From an uncultured virus (IMG/VR IMGVR_UViG_3300032007_000033) (lineage: Duplodnaviria; Heunggongvirae; Uroviricota; Caudoviricetes), in IMG/VR virus record IMGVR_UViG_3300032007_000033, positions 115,410 to 135,409 of that record: a stretch of 20,000 bases of DNA. One strand, 5' to 3'. Made by a program: the position numbers and the translations under genes. The notes under the pieces are model-generated. The model ran no database searches, was not told the origin of the DNA, and saw only the letters and a program-made list of their open reading frames with translations. The number at the start of each line of letters is the position of its first letter. The stretch's first letter is position 1. Of the stretch, positions 1-9,228 are shown piece after piece.

Positions 1-618
1 CGATTGCGGAAAACTAGCAGGATGCTTTCTTTGAAACTCATCCATGTCGTTGCCTTGGTCGTATTTCCAAATATTGAACCGCCTTCCGTATTCCTTCGAA
101 ACATATTCCCTTCTGATTCTTCCGTTGTCTGCGGTAAACTTGTTCCGACCTGTTCCACTATCAGTCAATCCCGCTTTATGGACATTCTTTCTGTCATAAA
201 TCAAATTGTGCGTTTTCAAGTCGCCTTTCGTAAACACGAACATATACTCAAAATTTTGAAGATAGAAATTGTTGCTTCCACAAGCCCCAATCCCTTGCTT
301 TTCATAAATCATTGTATCGCCCAACTTGAATCCTATCTCCTTGAAACGCAACGCTTGCTTGAAAGATGTTCCGCTTTCGTCTCCGTCCTTGGCGGAATCT
401 CCGACAACCCAAACAATCGCCCCCCCCCATTTCAAAACGCGCCACAGTTGGTTGACTACGCCCTCAAACACATCGAAATTCCAAACGCAAGTGTCATTGT
501 ATGTCCGTAAATCGTCATATGGAGGAGATGTGACCACCAAATCGACGGATTCGTCCTTGATGTTTTTCTTCATGACCTCCACATTGTCTCCGAAATACAA
601 ATCATAATCTTTAATCAT
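1..618 (-). CDS. N4/N6 DNA methyltransferase (beta-class, SPPY), runs off the window start
   Basis: Not in the ORF track. Manual translation from ATG 618 gives MIKDYDLYFGDNVEVMKKNIKDESVDLVVTSPPYDDLRTY...LWRVLKWGGAIVWVVGD...DTMIYEK...KHPASFPQS. GGAGG RBS near 628-632; overlaps the stop of the upstream methyltransferase. Confidence 0.9.
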   Translation of the reverse strand, partial: MIKDYDLYFGDNVEVMKKNIKDESVDLVVTSPPYDDLRTYNDTCVWNFDVFEGVVNQLWRVLKWGGAIVWVVGDSAKDGDESGTSFKQALRFKEIGFKLGDTMIYEKQGIGACGSNNFYLQNFEYMFVFTKGDLKTHNLIYDRKNVHKAGLTDSGTGRNKFTADNGRIRREYVSKEYGRRFNIWKYDQGNDMDEFQRKHPASFPQS

Positions 619-1432
619 TGAACAAACCTCCTTCAATCCCATAATTGTACCACAAGCATTCAACTCTGTCGCTATTGGAATTGGGGGAATTGTATTTATA
701 CAAATTCCAACCGTTTTTCACTAGATTGTCATAAATCGGATGTTCGTAACCGCTAATCAAAAACTTGCCTTTTCCGTTCAAAACCGCGTCCACGAACTTC
801 TCATGCTCACTGTCAGACATTTCACATTCGTATTCAGTTCCGCTACTCCTAGTGTCGTGGACATAAGGAGGGTCGAGATAAAAGAAAGCGTTTTCATTGT
901 CATATTTCTCAATCAAGTCGAAAATATCGCGATTCTCTATTATCACGGAACTCAACCGATTGTGTATTTCAAACAATCCGTCAATGGAGGAAAGATAATC
1001 CGAAACCGATTTGCTCATGTTCCTTCTGACAATCAATGTCGTGGAGAATCCGCCGACTCCATTAAAAGACGAACGATTCACATAAAAATATTTATAGGCT
1101 CTATCTAATAAAGACAACTTGTTTTCGTTTAATTCTTCAATGAATTCTTTTCTTATGTCGGCGGAGTAATATGTCAAATCCAACTTTTCCTTCATCCGTT
1201 CAAAAAGTTCTTTGTCGGAAAGAACCTTAAACAACGAATGAACATTCTTGCCCAAGTCGTTGTAGATTTCCAACTTGTCCTTTTCTTTGGCGAACAACAC
1301 GGAAGCCCCTCCGCCAAAACCCTCGATGTAAACAGAATAGTCTTTTGGAAAATGCGAAACAATAATATCTGTCATATAGGATTTACCACCATAGTATTTT
1401 ATTGGACTATTCAACTTTAATTTCTCCCACAA
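611..1432 (-). CDS. Dam/D12-class N6-adenine DNA methyltransferase
   Basis: Motifs PIKYYGGK, YIEGFGGGASV (SAM binding), IYNDL and FYLDPPY (catalytic). Start codon uncertain. Confidence 0.92.
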   Translation of the reverse strand: MWEKLKLNSPIKYYGGKSYMTDIIVSHFPKDYSVYIEGFGGGASVLFAKEKDKLEIYNDLGKNVHSLFKVLSDKELFERMKEKLDLTYYSADIRKEFIEELNENKLSLLDRAYKYFYVNRSSFNGVGGFSTTLIVRRNMSKSVSDYLSSIDGLFEIHNRLSSVIIENRDIFDLIEKYDNENAFFYLDPPYVHDTRSSGTEYECEMSDSEHEKFVDAVLNGKGKFLISGYEHPIYDNLVKNGWNLYKYNSPNSNSDRVECLWYNYGIEGGLFND

Positions 1433-1757
1433 TGTTTATATATTTTAATGAACCAATCGGATTTTCACCATCTTCCAAATAAGGCAAATGTTTTTCTATA
1501 GTATGTAAAATTGCATACATTAAATTTTCACAAATATATTCATAACGCAAACTTTCCATAAATCGATATATTTCATCTACACTTTCTTTAGGAAATCTTG
1601 GTTTTTTAATTAATCTTCCATCTATATACCAATTCGCATAAATACAATAATCTGCAGAATAAACTCTAACTTCTTTATTTTCATATTTAGCAGAATAAAT
1701 ATTTTTTTCTCGTTTTGTAGAAACGATATGTTCTTGAATCCAATGTTTGTAATACAT
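1407..1757 (-). CDS. hypothetical phage protein
   Basis: 116-aa ORF, GGAG upstream, tightly packed in the minus-strand gene run. Confidence 0.7.
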   Translation of the reverse strand: MYYKHWIQEHIVSTKREKNIYSAKYENKEVRVYSADYCIYANWYIDGRLIKKPRFPKESVDEIYRFMESLRYEYICENLMYAILHTIEKHLPYLEDGENPIGSLKYINIVGEIKVE

Positions 1758-1760
1758 TCA

Positions 1761-1937
1761 TTATCTCCAATAATTGAAATACAAAGGCAAAAAAATCATA
1801 GCACCAAAAATTAAATTAGATATTACTTTTGAAATCAAGACACAAATTATAGCAGTTTTTCCTTCTACCTTAAAATTAATGTTCAAAATGATACAAATAA
1901 ATCCTATGACAACACAAGCAATTTCTAATTTATTCAT
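1761..1937 (-). CDS. small two-TM membrane protein (58 aa)
   Basis: Manual translation MNKLEIACVVIGFICIILNINFKVEGKTAIICVLISKVISNLIFGAMIFLPLYFNYWR; GAGG RBS; fills the gap between neighbours. Confidence 0.65.
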   Translation of the reverse strand: MNKLEIACVVIGFICIILNINFKVEGKTAIICVLISKVISNLIFGAMIFLPLYFNYWR

Positions 1938-1958
1938 TTTATACCTCTTTCATATATT

Positions 1959-2186
1959 TTATTTTCCATAAATATGAATACTCAAAATATTTCTTTCTTC
2001 ATATTCATAAATTTCAAAATAAGTAACTTTAACATTACCAAAATCATAGACACACCATTTGCTAACTTCACCATCAACTATATCATATTCGTAATTCGTT
2101 CCTTCCTCAATATCAAAAATTTCAACTTCATCTATATCGGAAAAATCAGTCATATCTAAAAATTCTTTTACTGTTTTATTACTCAT
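1959..2186 (-). CDS. acidic hypothetical protein
   Basis: Likely start MSNKTV at 2186, overlapping the upstream stop. Confidence 0.65.
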   Translation of the reverse strand: MSNKTVKEFLDMTDFSDIDEVEIFDIEEGTNYEYDIVDGEVSKWCVYDFGNVKVTYFEIYEYEERNILSIHIYGK

Positions 2187-2796
2187 ATGTAATTTCTCTT
2201 TCCTTACACCAATCTTCAAGGTTATTTTCTACCCACTGAATCAATTCACAAGCGTATACATAATTTGGAGAAATTGATTTCGCATTGTCAATAATATTAG
2301 AAACTGTTTCGTGCAAATTTGAACTATCAAATTCTTCCTTCAAAAATTCATATATTTCATCAAATGCACGATATTCATTTGGCTCTATTCCAAATCGAAA
2401 TTTATCATCAATTACCTCTTTAATTTCTTCATCAAGTTCATCATAATTTTCAACTCTATACAAATCACACACATATTCTTTTACCAACTCTTCGAGTTTT
2501 TCTTCATCCACTTCATTAGGATAAATAGGATAAGAACTTGCTTCACACTTTCCACTCCAATAACTAGTATTTATATAATCACCTTTAAAGAAAGTGAAGA
2601 TGTGGCATATATCTCTACCGAAAACATAAGTTCCCATATCTCCACTGTAAAATAATTTGTTGTCCGCATAAATTAAACGAACAAAATATGTTTTATCATC
2701 ACGATTTTCGTTTACATACAATCTAACAACAAGAATGTTTCCTTGTTTCTCAATATCAATTATTTTATATCTTTCAACAAGTTCTTCCTTAGTCAT
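2179..2796 (-). CDS. hypothetical phage protein
   Basis: 205-aa ORF with ATGA coupling to the upstream gene and a GGAG RBS. Confidence 0.8.
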   Translation of the reverse strand: MTKEELVERYKIIDIEKQGNILVVRLYVNENRDDKTYFVRLIYADNKLFYSGDMGTYVFGRDICHIFTFFKGDYINTSYWSGKCEASSYPIYPNEVDEEKLEELVKEYVCDLYRVENYDELDEEIKEVIDDKFRFGIEPNEYRAFDEIYEFLKEEFDSSNLHETVSNIIDNAKSISPNYVYACELIQWVENNLEDWCKEREITYE

Positions 2797-3173
2797 TTTT
2801 CTAACTCCTTCAAAAAATCTTCTGCTTGTTTATAAACTTTCTTTGAATTTATAGACCTATTTTCTTCAGGTATTCCTATAGTTGTATAATCCTTACAAAA
2901 CCACATAAGTTCTTTTATGATTTTCTTTGTTTTATCTTTTAATTCTTTAATCTCGTTATTTTTGAAATTTTCAAGTTCATAATATTCCATTTTTTCATCT
3001 TCAAGAAATCCCTCTAGTTTACCGTTTTCTTTATTCAATTGTTCATTTTCATCATTCATAATTTCCCATACTTGTTGAATAAGATGTACTCTACTCGGTG
3101 GATTAGGCAAATCTTTCATTTTTTCTGTAAGTTCCTCTCTAGTCATTTTCATCAAACTCCTTTTCATACTCAT
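2793..3173 (-). CDS. hypothetical coiled-coil protein
   Basis: 126-aa charged helical ORF downstream of a consensus promoter. Confidence 0.7.
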   Translation of the reverse strand: MSMKRSLMKMTREELTEKMKDLPNPPSRVHLIQQVWEIMNDENEQLNKENGKLEGFLEDEKMEYYELENFKNNEIKELKDKTKKIIKELMWFCKDYTTIGIPEENRSINSKKVYKQAEDFLKELEK

Positions 3174-3222
3174 TTTTTAATAATATTTAATTTCATAATT
3201 TCTCCTTACATCTCCATCTATG

Positions 3223-3263
3223 ATTATATAATAAGTGATTTATTTTGTCAATAAAAATTATCA
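3223..3263 (-). promoter_or_regulatory. sigma70-type promoter with shared upstream element
   Basis: TTGACA (3251-3246), 17 bp, TATAAT (3228-3223); upstream TGATAATTTT element shared with the 4646 and 17796 promoters. Confidence 0.85.
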
Positions 3264-3321
3264 ATAATTTTATAAGTATTTGGAAAAATATCGGAACAGA
3301 TTAAAAGAATGGGAGAATAGC

Positions 3322-3353
3322 AAAAAAAAAGGCTCGGAAACAACCGAGCCTTT
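3322..3353 (-). terminator. intrinsic terminator
   Basis: AAAGGCTCGG-loop-CCGAGCCTTT stem followed by a long U run on the minus strand, just after the 3370 stop. Confidence 0.85.
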
Positions 3354-3369
3354 CCAACTTAAATCGGAA

Positions 3370-3696
3370 CTACGCTTTTTTGGCGACAAAAACTCCGAAG
3401 ATGATTGAGATGAGAGCCACGACCGCGCCTGTGATTGCCTCGAATACATTGGACTGCAATCCGCCGAGAGCGCAAAGGGCGCCGCCTGCGACAGCGAGAA
3501 CGATAATTACGACGGTCTTCCAAGTGAAGGTTCCTTCTTCCTTAGCCTTCTTGATTGTGGCCACGATTACAGCCGCCAATCCGAAAGCGGCCAAAGCGAT
3601 TTCAACAATCGTCGCACCAGCGAAGTTGGCGAAACATCCGATTCCCACGGCAACGGCAAACAACACCGCGCCCACGATTCCTAGAACTTTGTTCAT
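3370..3696 (-). CDS. four-TM membrane protein, holin-like candidate
   Basis: AGGAGG RBS before ATG 3696; four hydrophobic segments arranged as two similar halves; basic C-terminus. The holin role is inferred only. Confidence 0.55.
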   Translation of the reverse strand: MNKVLGIVGAVLFAVAVGIGCFANFAGATIVEIALAAFGLAAVIVATIKKAKEEGTFTWKTVVIIVLAVAGGALCALGGLQSNVFEAITGAVVALISIIFGVFVAKKA

Positions 3697-3781
3697 AAGT
3701 TCCTCCTTCAATATTGAAAATTTAACTCAACATTAAAGATAGTTGTGAAAAATGTCAATACCGAAGTTGAATTTCGAACGG

Positions 3782-4301
3782 TTATTTGATTTTTCCATTC
3801 ATATAATCGTCATACAGATTCACAAAAGTCAAATCTCTTTCCGTGAATTCTCCGTCAGAATCTAGATAATCAGGTGTATGCAAAGACTTAATAATATAAA
3901 ATTCTCCGCTAATAGGTTCAAGTTTGATGTACAAATCTCCAATATTCACATCGTTGGCGTGGGAGTCGTATGTTTCAAAATTTTCAATATAGAAAACCCA
4001 ATATAAATGCCCTTGCTTAATCGCTTTAATACAATCATCTTCAGTTTCACACCACATGGGATAAATCACATCGATAAAATTCTTGAACCTTATTTCAGAA
4101 ATGATGTTGTGCTTAATTACCTTTTCGGAGAGTTCGCGACCTGTTTTGTTGAAAAATTCGTTTTTTGAATGTGTAGTTCTTTCCGCCTTCTTCCCATTCG
4201 CAATCTTGCAGTTTGGGATTTTGTCTTATGAAATCCTCAATCATGGATAAAACTTCGTCTTTCACGACAGTTCTAGCGACCTTATGTTCGTTCAATTCCA
4301 T
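3782..4301 (-). pseudogene. hypothetical gene apparently split by a frameshift (ORFs 4113-4301 and 3782-4069)
   Basis: The frame of the downstream ORF is open well upstream (EFFNKTGRELSEKVIKHNIISEIRFKNFIDVIYP). Removing one A from the A6 run at 4161-4166 fuses the two ORFs. Confidence 0.45.
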
Positions 4302-4302
4302 A

Positions 4303-4611
4303 TTAAAATCTCCTATCAAATATGCAATTTAAATTTTTATGATAAACATCATAATATTCAACTGAATCTCCGTCCTCTATTTTTCCAAAATCATACTTCA
4401 TGTCTGAGCATGGTTCGTGTTTAAGCCAATATTCTTTATCGTTTGATTTCGCATAAACTTTGTCATGCGACAACATGTCCCTAGCGGTTTCCAAATCGTC
4501 GATTTCTCCGATAAATTTCCATTTGACGCTCTTTGATTTATCATTGAATATTCCTTTCACCTCGTAAGGAAGTTGAGACTCTTTGCTTGACAATACATAA
4601 ATCCTGCACAT
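4303..4611 (-). CDS. hypothetical protein
   Basis: 102 aa, AGGAGG RBS, promoter upstream. Confidence 0.8.
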   Translation of the reverse strand: MCRIYVLSSKESQLPYEVKGIFNDKSKSVKWKFIGEIDDLETARDMLSHDKVYAKSNDKEYWLKHEPCSDMKYDFGKIEDGDSVEYYDVYHKNLNCIFDRRF

Positions 4612-4645
4612 ATCGCCCTCCTAAAATAGTTGGCTCTTAACTTAA

Positions 4646-4686
4646 ATAATAACACATTTCTCGCATTTTGTCAAGTAAAATTATCA
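4646..4686 (-). promoter_or_regulatory. sigma70-type promoter
   Basis: TTGACA (4674-4669), 17 bp, TATTAT (4651-4646); 21-bp TGATAATTTTACTTGACAAAA identical to 17816-17836. Confidence 0.8.
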
Positions 4687-4866
4687 CACCTCTAAATACT
4701 TTTGGATGTCCAAAATCTCCATTGTGGGCTTTCCTTCGTATTTCATGTCCCAATGAAACCAAGCGGTCACCAAGCAACCGCACTTGAACTTCATTTCGTC
4801 CTCATCGAACTTGTCGTAGGCAATTTGTCTGTCAAAAATATAAACTGTCTTGAGATGATTCCACAA
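4684..4866 (-). CDS. small hypothetical protein or remnant
   Basis: 60-aa ORF without a clear start or RBS. Confidence 0.35.
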   Translation of the reverse strand: MWNHLKTVYIFDRQIAYDKFDEDEMKFKCGCLVTAWFHWDMKYEGKPTMEILDIQKYLEV

Positions 4867-5032
4867 TTCATTCCTATATCTATTGTACGCACCGAAATAA
4901 TTTGTACGACCAATTACAATTCATGATTTTCAATTTTTTTCATAATTATATATTGTATTTCTACTTAAATTTTTTTACAAAAATTCGACAAGAAAATGCC
5001 ACCCTTTATGGTGGTTATATGAATTGCCGTAA

Positions 5033-5443
5033 TCATCCTTGATTTTCAATGCAATGTTTCAAAGTGGTCTCCGACACACAACCAATTGAAGTGCAAAAAT
5101 AACCTCTTGTCCATAAATTATGTTTACCGCTCCAATAAAAGTTTATTAAATAATCGTTGTGATTTTTCCAAGCATAAAATGTAGAAATTTGTTTCAAATT
5201 ATGAATTATATCAGAAATTTGACAAGTCGGAGTAGCATTAATCATTAAATGAATATGGTCGGCTTTAGTTAAATCAATTTCCATAGTTTCTATTTTCCAT
5301 TTATTTTGTTTGGATTCGGCAATTTTCATATATGATTTTATATCTTCCGAGATATCTTTCAGACATTTCTTTTTATATTTTGTTGAAAAAATCATATGAT
5401 ACTTGATTTTATATTTTTCATGATTAAAATGTTCGTAATCCAT
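5033..5443 (-). CDS. tnpA: IS200-family HUH (Y1) transposase, probably inactive
   Basis: YHMIFSTKYKK, HUH motif DHIHLM, LWTRGYF. The C-terminal motif reads HCIENQ where YIENQ is expected. Confidence 0.92.
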   Translation of the reverse strand: MDYEHFNHEKYKIKYHMIFSTKYKKKCLKDISEDIKSYMKIAESKQNKWKIETMEIDLTKADHIHLMINATPTCQISDIIHNLKQISTFYAWKNHNDYLINFYWSGKHNLWTRGYFCTSIGCVSETTLKHCIENQG

Positions 5444-5523
5444 AAATACTCCTATGTAAAATTTAACTATTTTATATAGTTAAATTATTAACTATTTTAC
5501 ATAGAGGATTAACTATTTATTGT

Positions 5524-6819
5524 ATGACAGAATCGGAAAGATTACTGAAAAACAACAAGATTTCTCAAACAAAACATGAAACTATTTCACGACATGAAAA
5601 GATGAATTGTCGTACATATACTTTTAAAATACAAGAAAATTCATTAAACAATCAACAAAAAGAATTTCTTAAAATGATTTTCATTGAACAAAAATGGTTG
5701 AAAAATTATATTCTAAATTGGTGCGAGCAAGACAAAGAAAATAAATTGACCAAATTTGACACCAAAATTACAAAAATAACACATAAAGATAAAGTTATGA
5801 ATGATGTTGAGGTAGAATTAAAATATCTATCCGCGCAATCAAAACAATGCCTTGTATCAAGAATGTATTCAAACATCAAAACTTTGCATACCTTAAAATC
5901 TAAAGGATTACAAAAATGTGGAAAATTAAAATATTCAAAAGAAGAAAAAATAATTGATTTGAAACAATACGGATGTTCGCATAAAATTATTTCAAAAAAT
6001 AGATTCAAAATAAGCGGATGTAAAAAACCATTCAAAGTAAATGGTATGAATCAATTTATAGAGATTCCAAACATAGAGTACGCCAACGCTAGATTGTTAA
6101 ACCGAGCAGACGGATGTTATGTTCAATTAGTCTGTTACATTCCTAAAGAAAATAAAATTAAAAACGAAAAAATAAATAAAACCATAGGTATTGATTTTGG
6201 TTGTTCTACATCTTTCACAACAAGTGAAGGTGAGAAAATTAATGTGTCAATTCAAGAAAGCGAGCGATTGAAGCGTTTGCAAAGGAAATTCGCTAGACAA
6301 ACAAAAGGCTCAAAGAATTGGCACAAAACATTAGAATTAATCAAAAAAGAATACCAAAAACAAACCAATCGAAAAGATGATATTTCCAACAAAATTATTC
6401 ACAAATTTTCACAATATAAAACGATTGTGATTCAAGACGAGCAATTAAAAAATTGGTCAAAAAATCATCATGGGAAGGCAATTCAACATTCAATTTTGGG
6501 AAGAGTGAAATCAAAATTAAAGACCAAAGAAAATGTCGTGATTTTGAGCAAAACTGTTCCCACCACAAAACTATGCACGAATTGTGGAGTTTATCACGAT
6601 GAATTGAAAGTTTGGGATAGAACTTTCAAATGTGAATGTGGTGTTGAAATGGACAGAGATGTTCACGCTTCAAAAAACATGGTTTGGTTTTATGAAAATA
6701 ATGTAGGTGTGGAACGCACCAATATTAAGCGTGTGGAGATGGAAGCACTAGTTCTTGGGGTTATTCGTAACTCAAAGAACCAACTTGTGTCGAAGAAGCA
6801 CGAAGCCTACTCCCTTTAG
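5524..6819 (+). CDS. tnpB: RNA-guided endonuclease TnpB
   Basis: RuvC-I IGIDFG, RuvC-II region IVIQDE, zinc finger CTNC...CEC, RuvC-III DRDVHASKN. Confidence 0.92.
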   Translation: MTESERLLKNNKISQTKHETISRHEKMNCRTYTFKIQENSLNNQQKEFLKMIFIEQKWLKNYILNWCEQDKENKLTKFDTKITKITHKDKVMNDVEVELKYLSAQSKQCLVSRMYSNIKTLHTLKSKGLQKCGKLKYSKEEKIIDLKQYGCSHKIISKNRFKISGCKKPFKVNGMNQFIEIPNIEYANARLLNRADGCYVQLVCYIPKENKIKNEKINKTIGIDFGCSTSFTTSEGEKINVSIQESERLKRLQRKFARQTKGSKNWHKTLELIKKEYQKQTNRKDDISNKIIHKFSQYKTIVIQDEQLKNWSKNHHGKAIQHSILGRVKSKLKTKENVVILSKTVPTTKLCTNCGVYHDELKVWDRTFKCECGVEMDRDVHASKNMVWFYENNVGVERTNIKRVEMEALVLGVIRNSKNQLVSKKHEAYSL

Positions 6820-6831
6820 GGAGTAGGTAGT

Positions 6832-7299
6832 TCACATCTCCAATCTTTCTTGCAAGTTTCTTCCCAACGCCTCCGCGCATTGGTAGAAGTCAAATGTCTG
6901 CGGTTGGCAAAATTTCAAATCTTCCTCCAAATCAAGAATCCCTTTTCTTCCAACCTTAACCTCCGCAATTTCCTTATCCAACTTGGAGCAGAACCATCGA
7001 GTATTGTCATAGGCTTTCTGCAAGGATTCGACCGCGTTGTTGATTTTGTTCTCATACGAGGCTTTCATCTCGTTAAACTTTTTCTCCGCTTGGAGCATGT
7101 CCTCGTTGTTCAACAAGTTGATTTCCGAAAGAAGGCTTTTTCCAACCTTGGGACAACAGTCCAACACCAACTCTCTAACCGCGTCAATTTCATTGTTGAA
7201 TGCAATCAAAGGAAACACGCCTTTAATTTCCGTAGTTTCCCTTCGTTTCTTGTCCTTTATTTTTTCTTCGCACCAAGCGATTATTTCCTCATAACTCAT
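6832..7299 (-). CDS. hypothetical protein (stop codon supplied by the IS right end)
   Basis: 155 aa, GGAGG RBS; the TGA lies inside the terminal TTCAC of the IS. Confidence 0.75.
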   Translation of the reverse strand: MSYEEIIAWCEEKIKDKKRRETTEIKGVFPLIAFNNEIDAVRELVLDCCPKVGKSLLSEINLLNNEDMLQAEKKFNEMKASYENKINNAVESLQKAYDNTRWFCSKLDKEIAEVKVGRKGILDLEEDLKFCQPQTFDFYQCAEALGRNLQERLEM

Positions 7300-7326
7300 A
7301 TGTTTTCCTCCATAAATCGTTTCTCT

Positions 7327-7527
7327 TCATTTTTCGCTCGTCGCCACGCAAGCGACATCTCCATGCTCTTTCTTCAAAGACTCAATTTCCTTGATTATGG
7401 TGGGAATCCTTCTCCTAACGAATGTTCCGAGAAATCCGTCATCAAAGCGGACACCGCAAGAACAGACAACTTTTCCCTCGGCCTTTTCAAGCCATTCATC
7501 ATATGAATATTTGGCGACTCTTCCCAT
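7327..7527 (-). CDS. small hypothetical protein
   Basis: 66 aa, AGGAG RBS. Confidence 0.65.
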   Translation of the reverse strand: MGRVAKYSYDEWLEKAEGKVVCSCGVRFDDGFLGTFVRRRIPTIIKEIESLKKEHGDVACVATSEK

Positions 7528-7537
7528 TCAACAACTC

Positions 7538-8455
7538 CTAGAAATCGAACAATTCCTTTTTAGTCTGACTGTCCGCGACCTTTACGCAAGCGCAACCTCT
7601 TTTCTTGAATTCCTCTAAAAAGGACTTCCTCTTATCGTCATAAAAGTAGACGATTTCCGCCCCTTCCATTCCATCGAATGTTCCGTCGAGAATGTAGCGA
7701 ACATGCAGAAAGTTCTTGTAGTCGAACGGATAGGATTGAATCCCCAAATCGTGGCAACCAAAACACATGTCGTCCTCGTTTCTAGTTCCTCCGCATATCG
7801 CCTCGATGTAGAATTTATCCTTGTCGATGTAGGGCTTCAACGCGTCAATAATTCCCTTTCTGTCCAACTCGGACTCCACGACCAATATTCTGTGCGGTTT
7901 CTCGATGCAGTCCTTTCCCAAGTACCTAGCGGAAATCAATGAGCGGTTTATCCATTTGGATATGTTCTTTCCGTTGCTTCCGTCGCGAGAGTCGTAAATC
8001 TTGAACGGATATGACACCGAGTAAGGGTCTACTCCTTTCGGCAAATTCGTCTTCAAACACTCGCAACCCTTGGTGTATTTCTTCATCTCCTCTTTCATGA
8101 CTTTCCATGTCGGACGACTCTTGTAGTAGTTCTTCAACTTGAAGTGGGCGGTCTTACAGTAATATTTTTGTCCGTCGTTCAACATGACTTCTCCGCAGAA
8201 ATCGTTGAGGTGGACGCCTATTCCCATTCCTTGGTAGTCAGGCAACACGACAAGCCTATGACCCATGTAAAAATCACGAATGTCTCCGTTCGGCAAGAGC
8301 AACATCGCCCTAAAACCGACCAATATATCGCCCCAATAGCATATGAACACTCGGCAAGGAGCCAAATTCGCCTCTTGGGTCAAATAATGATATTGCCTAA
8401 ATATTTTCCAAAGGCCTTCCTTCTTTGAGTTGTCCGCGACCTCGTAGACGGACAA
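7538..8455 (-). CDS. GNAT-fold acyltransferase domain protein (probably the C-terminal part of an ATPase fusion)
   Basis: Acyl-CoA-binding motif HRLVVLPDYQGMGIG; FRQYHYL; weak independent start; reachable by a -1 shift from the upstream ATPase. Confidence 0.75.
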   Translation of the reverse strand: MSVYEVADNSKKEGLWKIFRQYHYLTQEANLAPCRVFICYWGDILVGFRAMLLLPNGDIRDFYMGHRLVVLPDYQGMGIGVHLNDFCGEVMLNDGQKYYCKTAHFKLKNYYKSRPTWKVMKEEMKKYTKGCECLKTNLPKGVDPYSVSYPFKIYDSRDGSNGKNISKWINRSLISARYLGKDCIEKPHRILVVESELDRKGIIDALKPYIDKDKFYIEAICGGTRNEDDMCFGCHDLGIQSYPFDYKNFLHVRYILDGTFDGMEGAEIVYFYDDKRKSFLEEFKKRGCACVKVADSQTKKELFDF

Positions 8456-9114
8456 CTCAATTCTTTTTTTAGTTCAACTCCTCGGCAATCATAAACCTTC
8501 TCGTCGTCCAAGTCCACCACAATATCAGGTTCCATATAGTCTATATAATCCTTGTGGCAAGAGCAGAAAACGACCTTCTTCAAATTGTGCTTGACGATAT
8601 ACTTCTTCACTCCGATTACTGTGGAAATCGCCACATTTCTGTCTACGGTTGATGTGAACTCATCGAAACACATCTCCGACTGAATGTTCAAGGCCAAGTC
8701 CGCCCTAAAGCCCTCGCCCACAGAGAGCACATTTCTAGGACGGCACCAAGTAGGGACGGTGGACAATCCGACCGAAGCCAATCTGTCCATGCAATCCTCC
8801 TTGTCAGTGAAGTCGAAGTTGGAAATCACGGACTTGGAGCAATCATATTTCTTGATTTTCTTCTCGAAGAAAGGAAATTCCTTGAGAAGTTGGGATTTTC
8901 CCGCTCCGCTTCGACCGCAAATCACGCAAGTGCGATAGTCAATCTCGTTCAAAACCTTCGGCAGTCTATAAGGATAGAATTTACTCTCTCCCACGAATTC
9001 ATAGTCAAAATAAGATTGTGCCAACTGAGTGTATTCATCGCACGGAATCTTTGAAACCAAAGGCTCGTCCTTGCGTTGCAGAGAGCACAAAACTTTGCAA
9101 TCTTGATAGTTCAT
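8380..9114 (-). CDS. soluble ABC-type ATPase
   Basis: Walker A GRSGAGKS, signature LSVGEGFRA, Walker B MCFDE, H-loop CSCH; AAGGAG RBS; no permease nearby. Confidence 0.88.
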   Translation of the reverse strand: MNYQDCKVLCSLQRKDEPLVSKIPCDEYTQLAQSYFDYEFVGESKFYPYRLPKVLNEIDYRTCVICGRSGAGKSQLLKEFPFFEKKIKKYDCSKSVISNFDFTDKEDCMDRLASVGLSTVPTWCRPRNVLSVGEGFRADLALNIQSEMCFDEFTSTVDRNVAISTVIGVKKYIVKHNLKKVVFCSCHKDYIDYMEPDIVVDLDDEKVYDCRGVELKKELSCPSTRSRTTQRRKAFGKYLGNIII

Positions 9115-9138
9115 TCAATTTTCTCCTTGAATGAAAGG

Positions 9139-9168
9139 AGTTTATCACATTGATTTGGTTTTTGTCAA
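9139..9168 (-). promoter_or_regulatory. probable sigma70-type promoter
   Basis: TTGACA (9168-9163), 18 bp, TGaTAAACT extended -10, upstream of the ATPase. Confidence 0.55.
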
Positions 9169-9179
9169 GGAAAAATTGC

Positions 9180-9210
9180 AAAAAAAAGACGGCCACCCAA
9201 GACCGCCTTT
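9180..9210 (-). terminator. intrinsic terminator
   Basis: GGCGGTC-loop-GGCCGTC stem followed by a U run on the minus strand, after the 9229 stop. Confidence 0.75.
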
Positions 9211-9228
9211 CCGCGAATTCGAGAAAAG

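Larger units (their letters stand above)
4990..6835. mobile_element. IS200/IS605-family element (IS605-like, divergent tnpA/tnpB)
   Basis: Left hairpin GCCACC-CTTTAT-GGTGGT near 4998-5016; right hairpin CCTACTCCC-TTTA-GGGAGTAGG followed by TAGTTCAC ending at 6835; encloses tnpA and tnpB. The left boundary is approximate. Confidence 0.9.

Noticed and set aside
4..607. Plus-strand ORFs 4-510 and 326-607
   Set aside because: Antisense shadows of the minus-strand SPPY methyltransferase
8380..9114. ABC transporter system
   Set aside because: No permease or binding-protein gene; the ATPase is linked to a GNAT domain instead
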